A stretch of 52,431 nucleotides of DNA. Origin: Perkinsus chesapeaki ATCC PRA-425. Its lineage: Eukaryota > Protista > Perkinsozoa. Below, piece after piece: positions 49,465 through 52,431 of this stretch. The notes under the pieces are model-generated. The model saw nothing but the letters and a program-made list of their open reading frames with translations. It did no database searches and was not told the origin of the DNA. The DNA is taken from contig JAAPAO010000210.1 of assembly GCA_013115145.1 (NCBI GenBank), forward strand, positions 1-52,431. Reading direction: 5' to 3'. Both the position numbers and the translations under genes were made by a program. Each line of letters starts with the position of its first letter. Positions within the stretch are counted from its first letter, which is position 1.

Positions 49465-50100
49465 CGCGTTATATAAAACGCCGGTTTAATACACATAACG
49501 CATAATACAACGCGGGTTGTCGCTAAATAGCGCACATAACGCGATAAACGCAAAATTCGTTTTACTCACGCACGCTAAAACGCGTAGCTATACCTGGTGT
49601 AGTCCCCACAATAACACCTGAAGTGGTCCACTTCAGGTGTTATTGTGGGGACTCGCGTACGTGCCGACCTGAACTTGACAAACTCCACTAGTCGAACTCG
49701 AGGTTGTTTGGGCAACCCAACAATAAGTTTCGTGAAATGCTGAAACTACTGGTCGCTATCCGACTAGAGCTTCTAACTGGCTGCCCGTAAAGAAAATGGA
49801 AATTAGCTAGAATACGACATCAAGAAAGGTCTGGGAGCTCGATTCCCCCTTCAACGGCATTACCGATGTCAAAGAAGTTGATAGTTTCGGGATTTTCCTG
49901 GGGTCCCTTGTAGTACTATTGCCGCCGTTCCAGGTTAGTTCTAGTAGTACTCTACTGCTAAGTTTGTATCTATATACAACGCGTTATATCGCGCTAAACT
50001 CGTATGCGTTGTGAGAAACGCGTTTTACTCACGCCTTAACGTGTAAAACGTATTATAACGCGTTATGATGGAGGTATGAAAGACATTATTGCGTTTTACG
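49465..50100. mobile_element. Probable non-autonomous DNA element with AACGC/GCGTT-rich subterminal arrays
   Basis: Dense AACGC motifs at ~49465-49590 and GCGTT/AACGCGTT motifs at ~49975-50100 flank a non-coding core; cgttttactcacgc occurs in both arrays (49558, 50021). No clean TIR or TSD found. Confidence 0.45.
49601..49653. repeat. Perfect 53-bp palindrome (26-bp arms, 1-nt centre)
   Basis: agtccccacaataacacctgaagtgg-t-ccacttcaggtgttattgtggggact. Confidence 0.97.
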
Positions 50101-50254
50101 CTGGCAATTGAAGCGGTGCTTAATAACGAGCAAATACATGATACAGCAATCACGTCTTCCTGCTACTGGCCTTAATCATCATCATCTGCTCCTTCTTCCT
50201 CGGGCCTCGAAACACTCGGCGAGTCTTGACGGCTCGAGAACTTGGACCTTCTTA

Positions 50255-52283
50255 TCTGCTGCTGTTGTTGTTGTTTTTTCTCAACAGCGGCATGCAGAAT
50301 ACAAGTATACAGAACTGGCCCTCGCGGGCAGATATACTAAGCCCTCGCGGGCAGATATACTAAGCCCTTGCGGGCATACGAAAAAGCCCTTGCGGGCAAA
50401 CCAAATTACAGAAGGCCCCGACGAGCATCAAGATGCTGCATCATGGCCTCGAAGAGTCGATTGAAGGCCTTGCGGCGCTTCAAATCGACGACCATTTTAT
50501 AAAAGTGATAGGGGACACCACCCTTAACGCGCTTCCTGACATGCTCTAAGAGCGGGCAGGAGCGCAGGAGGTGCCTTAGGTTCCCTATCGGGGCTCCGCA
50601 ATCACACTCCGGAGAGTCGATTACCCCACATCTGTGAAGATGAGCTGGGGTTGGAGCCCTACAGAACACTACAGCACTAACTGCTGGGGTAACTTCCCCA
50701 CGACTCCACAGCCTCGCATGCGAGGCACAGTAGAAGAAGTCGTTGCAGGCAGTGCCAAGACCAGCCCGTTTCTCTGACCACCAGTCACTTGCGTAGTGAC
50801 AGAAGCCCGGCTTCGGCTTGATACCGCCGAAGGGTCCTCACACTGATTTCTGTCTCCGAGGAGACTTCCGTCATGGAGGCACCCTTGGCTGCCAGTTCAT
50901 CAGCTCGGTCGTTGGCAGGCATGCCGCTGTGACCAGGTACCCAATGAAAGGTGACCTTGTCCGGGAGTCCAGCCAAGAGCAGAGTAATCTGCCTGGCTTT
51001 ATCCCGCCGAGCTACCGTAGATCTAGACGACAAGATCTTGAGTACCGCCTGAGAGTCCATGAAGACTTCCCAGCTTTCCTCTTGATCTGCCGCCGAGACG
51101 ACCCAGCGGACTGCTTCGAGAACTCCAAGGAGTTCACAGTCCGTAATAGTAGCGTAAGGGGAGAGCTTCCAGCAACTAGCGTGGAGCTCTACTCCCTTAC
51201 GATAAACCACCATGCCAGCACGCCTTGCGGTCTTTGACCACCGAGCCATCAGTAAAGATGGCATTTCCGGTTAGGAGAGCCGCCTGCGCGTAGCGCTTGG
51301 CTTCCTCCTTTGGCCGGATGGTTGTCTTGACCGAGGGCTCCCACGGAGGAGTGGGTAAGCCCCGCCAGCACTGGACTTTGTCCAGACTACCATGGCCCTC
51401 AGAGAGGACCAGGCCTTTGACCGCAAGACATTGGTCTAGGGCCCTCGCACAGCCAAGTGCGGACAGCCTTGCGGCTGCGGTAGTCTTCAGCTCTAAGTCT
51501 GCTGGCAGTAAGCCAGCCGCGACACAGAGTGCCGCGTTAGAGCTGTTCCTTGGAGCCTGGAGGGCTATCCTCGCAACCATGGCTGTGACCTGCAGCATTA
51601 CAGACTTCGCCGTGGCGGATTCAAGCCCTTCCTTCCAGGCTACTACTGCGTGAGCAAGGGCGGGTTGGATCGCCACCTTATAGGTTTTGATTATCTTCCT
51701 ACCAGTGATCCCTGCTCGCGCCCAACCAAGGTGCCTCAGCCGGCCAAGTTTGGCCTTGGCTTCGGACACCTTTAACCGAATATGGTGCTGGAAAGACAGA
51801 CGATGGTCAATCCAGACACCAAGAACCCGAACGACTTTGACAATGTCGACGGGTACACCATCAAGGGACAAGACATGGTCCCCGATGGTCCTAGGCAGGA
51901 GCGCCTGGCTTTTGGCCGGCTCATAGGACACTACCGCTTCGGCAGCCCAGGCCAGCAGCAGAGCCTCTGCTGACCGCCACCGTTCAACCAAAGACGGGCC
52001 TGTGCCACCCGATACCATTACCGTCGTGTCATCCGCATAGAGGGTCAGGCTCACGCCTTTCTCCTCCATACCTGCGAACTCATCCACGAGCGGTAGGGTG
52101 CTCAAGAGGAACAGGAAAGGGCCCAGAGCACTGCCCTGGGGGACGCCCCTTTCCAGCTCTAGGCTGGCACCGTCAGAACCATAGACAGCCGAAACACCCT
52201 AGGCTCTTAAATAGCTCTCTACAATGTCCACAACGTACCGTGGAACATTGTATCGGGCCAGAGTTGCCAGGATGTGGCTGTGT
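50255..52283 (-). mobile_element. 5'-truncated, degraded non-LTR retrotransposon (RT, RNase H, C-terminal CCHC finger)
   Basis: RT motifs GVPQGSALGP and LYADD; RNase H residues FTDGS, DCELLG, FMDSQ, WVPGHSG...NDRAD; CDCG...HLLRSC. In-frame TAG at 52199-52201; frameshifts near 51230 and ~50800; (AAC)n/(CAG)n tail-like run near 50255-50280. Confidence 0.93.
50318..50397 (-). repeat. Four tandem 22-23-nt units in the retroelement 3' UTR, each a GCCC-GNRA-GGGC hairpin
   Basis: Sense strand of element: gcccGCAAgggc x2 and gcccGCGAgggc x2, starting 9 nt after the stop codon. Confidence 0.9.
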
Positions 52284-52351
52284 TTTAATAAACGGTAAAC
52301 GAGGTTTGCCGAAGTAAAACGAGGGGGCTCCGCTTCGCCCTGTGCACGCGT

Positions 52352-52369
52352 GCGAGGCCCGGGCCTCGC
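52352..52369. repeat. Perfect 18-bp palindrome within a GC-rich extended hairpin
   Basis: gcgaggccc-gggcctcgc, flanked by cacgcg...cgcgtg. Confidence 0.8.
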
Positions 52370-52431
52370 CGTGCGCGTGTTGTGTTTGGTGTCACCTGGC
52401 GGGGTGATGATCCCCGGCCTGCTGTCGACTA

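Noticed and set aside
50255-52300. Target-site duplication of the non-LTR element
   Set aside because: No matching direct repeat found at the two inferred ends.
52345-52380. Helitron 3' terminal hairpin
   Set aside because: No CTRR terminus at the expected distance on either strand.

Overview
Gene-dense eukaryotic DNA (~50% GC) with many short (~40-60 nt) GT-AG introns; gene style and content suggest a Perkinsus-like alveolate (inference, no search run). The window has two parts. (1) About 1-37.3 kb holds conserved genes: a CLC channel 3' part, a giant coiled-coil protein with a degenerate kinesin-like head, nucleoredoxin, UBC2/RAD6, RLP24, NOP14, a disordered SIM-rich/Zn-finger/NADAR-like protein, two tandem intronless hexokinases and MCM6. 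They sit in one long minus-strand block and one long plus-strand block. (2) About 37.3-52.4 kb is accessory: three copies of a small secreted 2-Cys protein, a frameshifted S10 serine carboxypeptidase, degraded ORFs, an AACG-repeat element and a 5'-truncated non-LTR retrotransposon. The strongest signal is a stereotyped 22-nt scar, X[1-7] + reverse-complement(X) + X[2-8] with X an 8-mer. I found six perfect and three 1-mismatch copies, each with a different X, all within 37.7-49.0 kb. One copy is exactly the 14-nt insertion that frameshifts the carboxypeptidase. This is the pattern expected when an 8-bp-TSD (hAT-type) transposon excises via flank hairpins that rejoin through their inverted TSDs. 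All exon models and alignments were made by eye.
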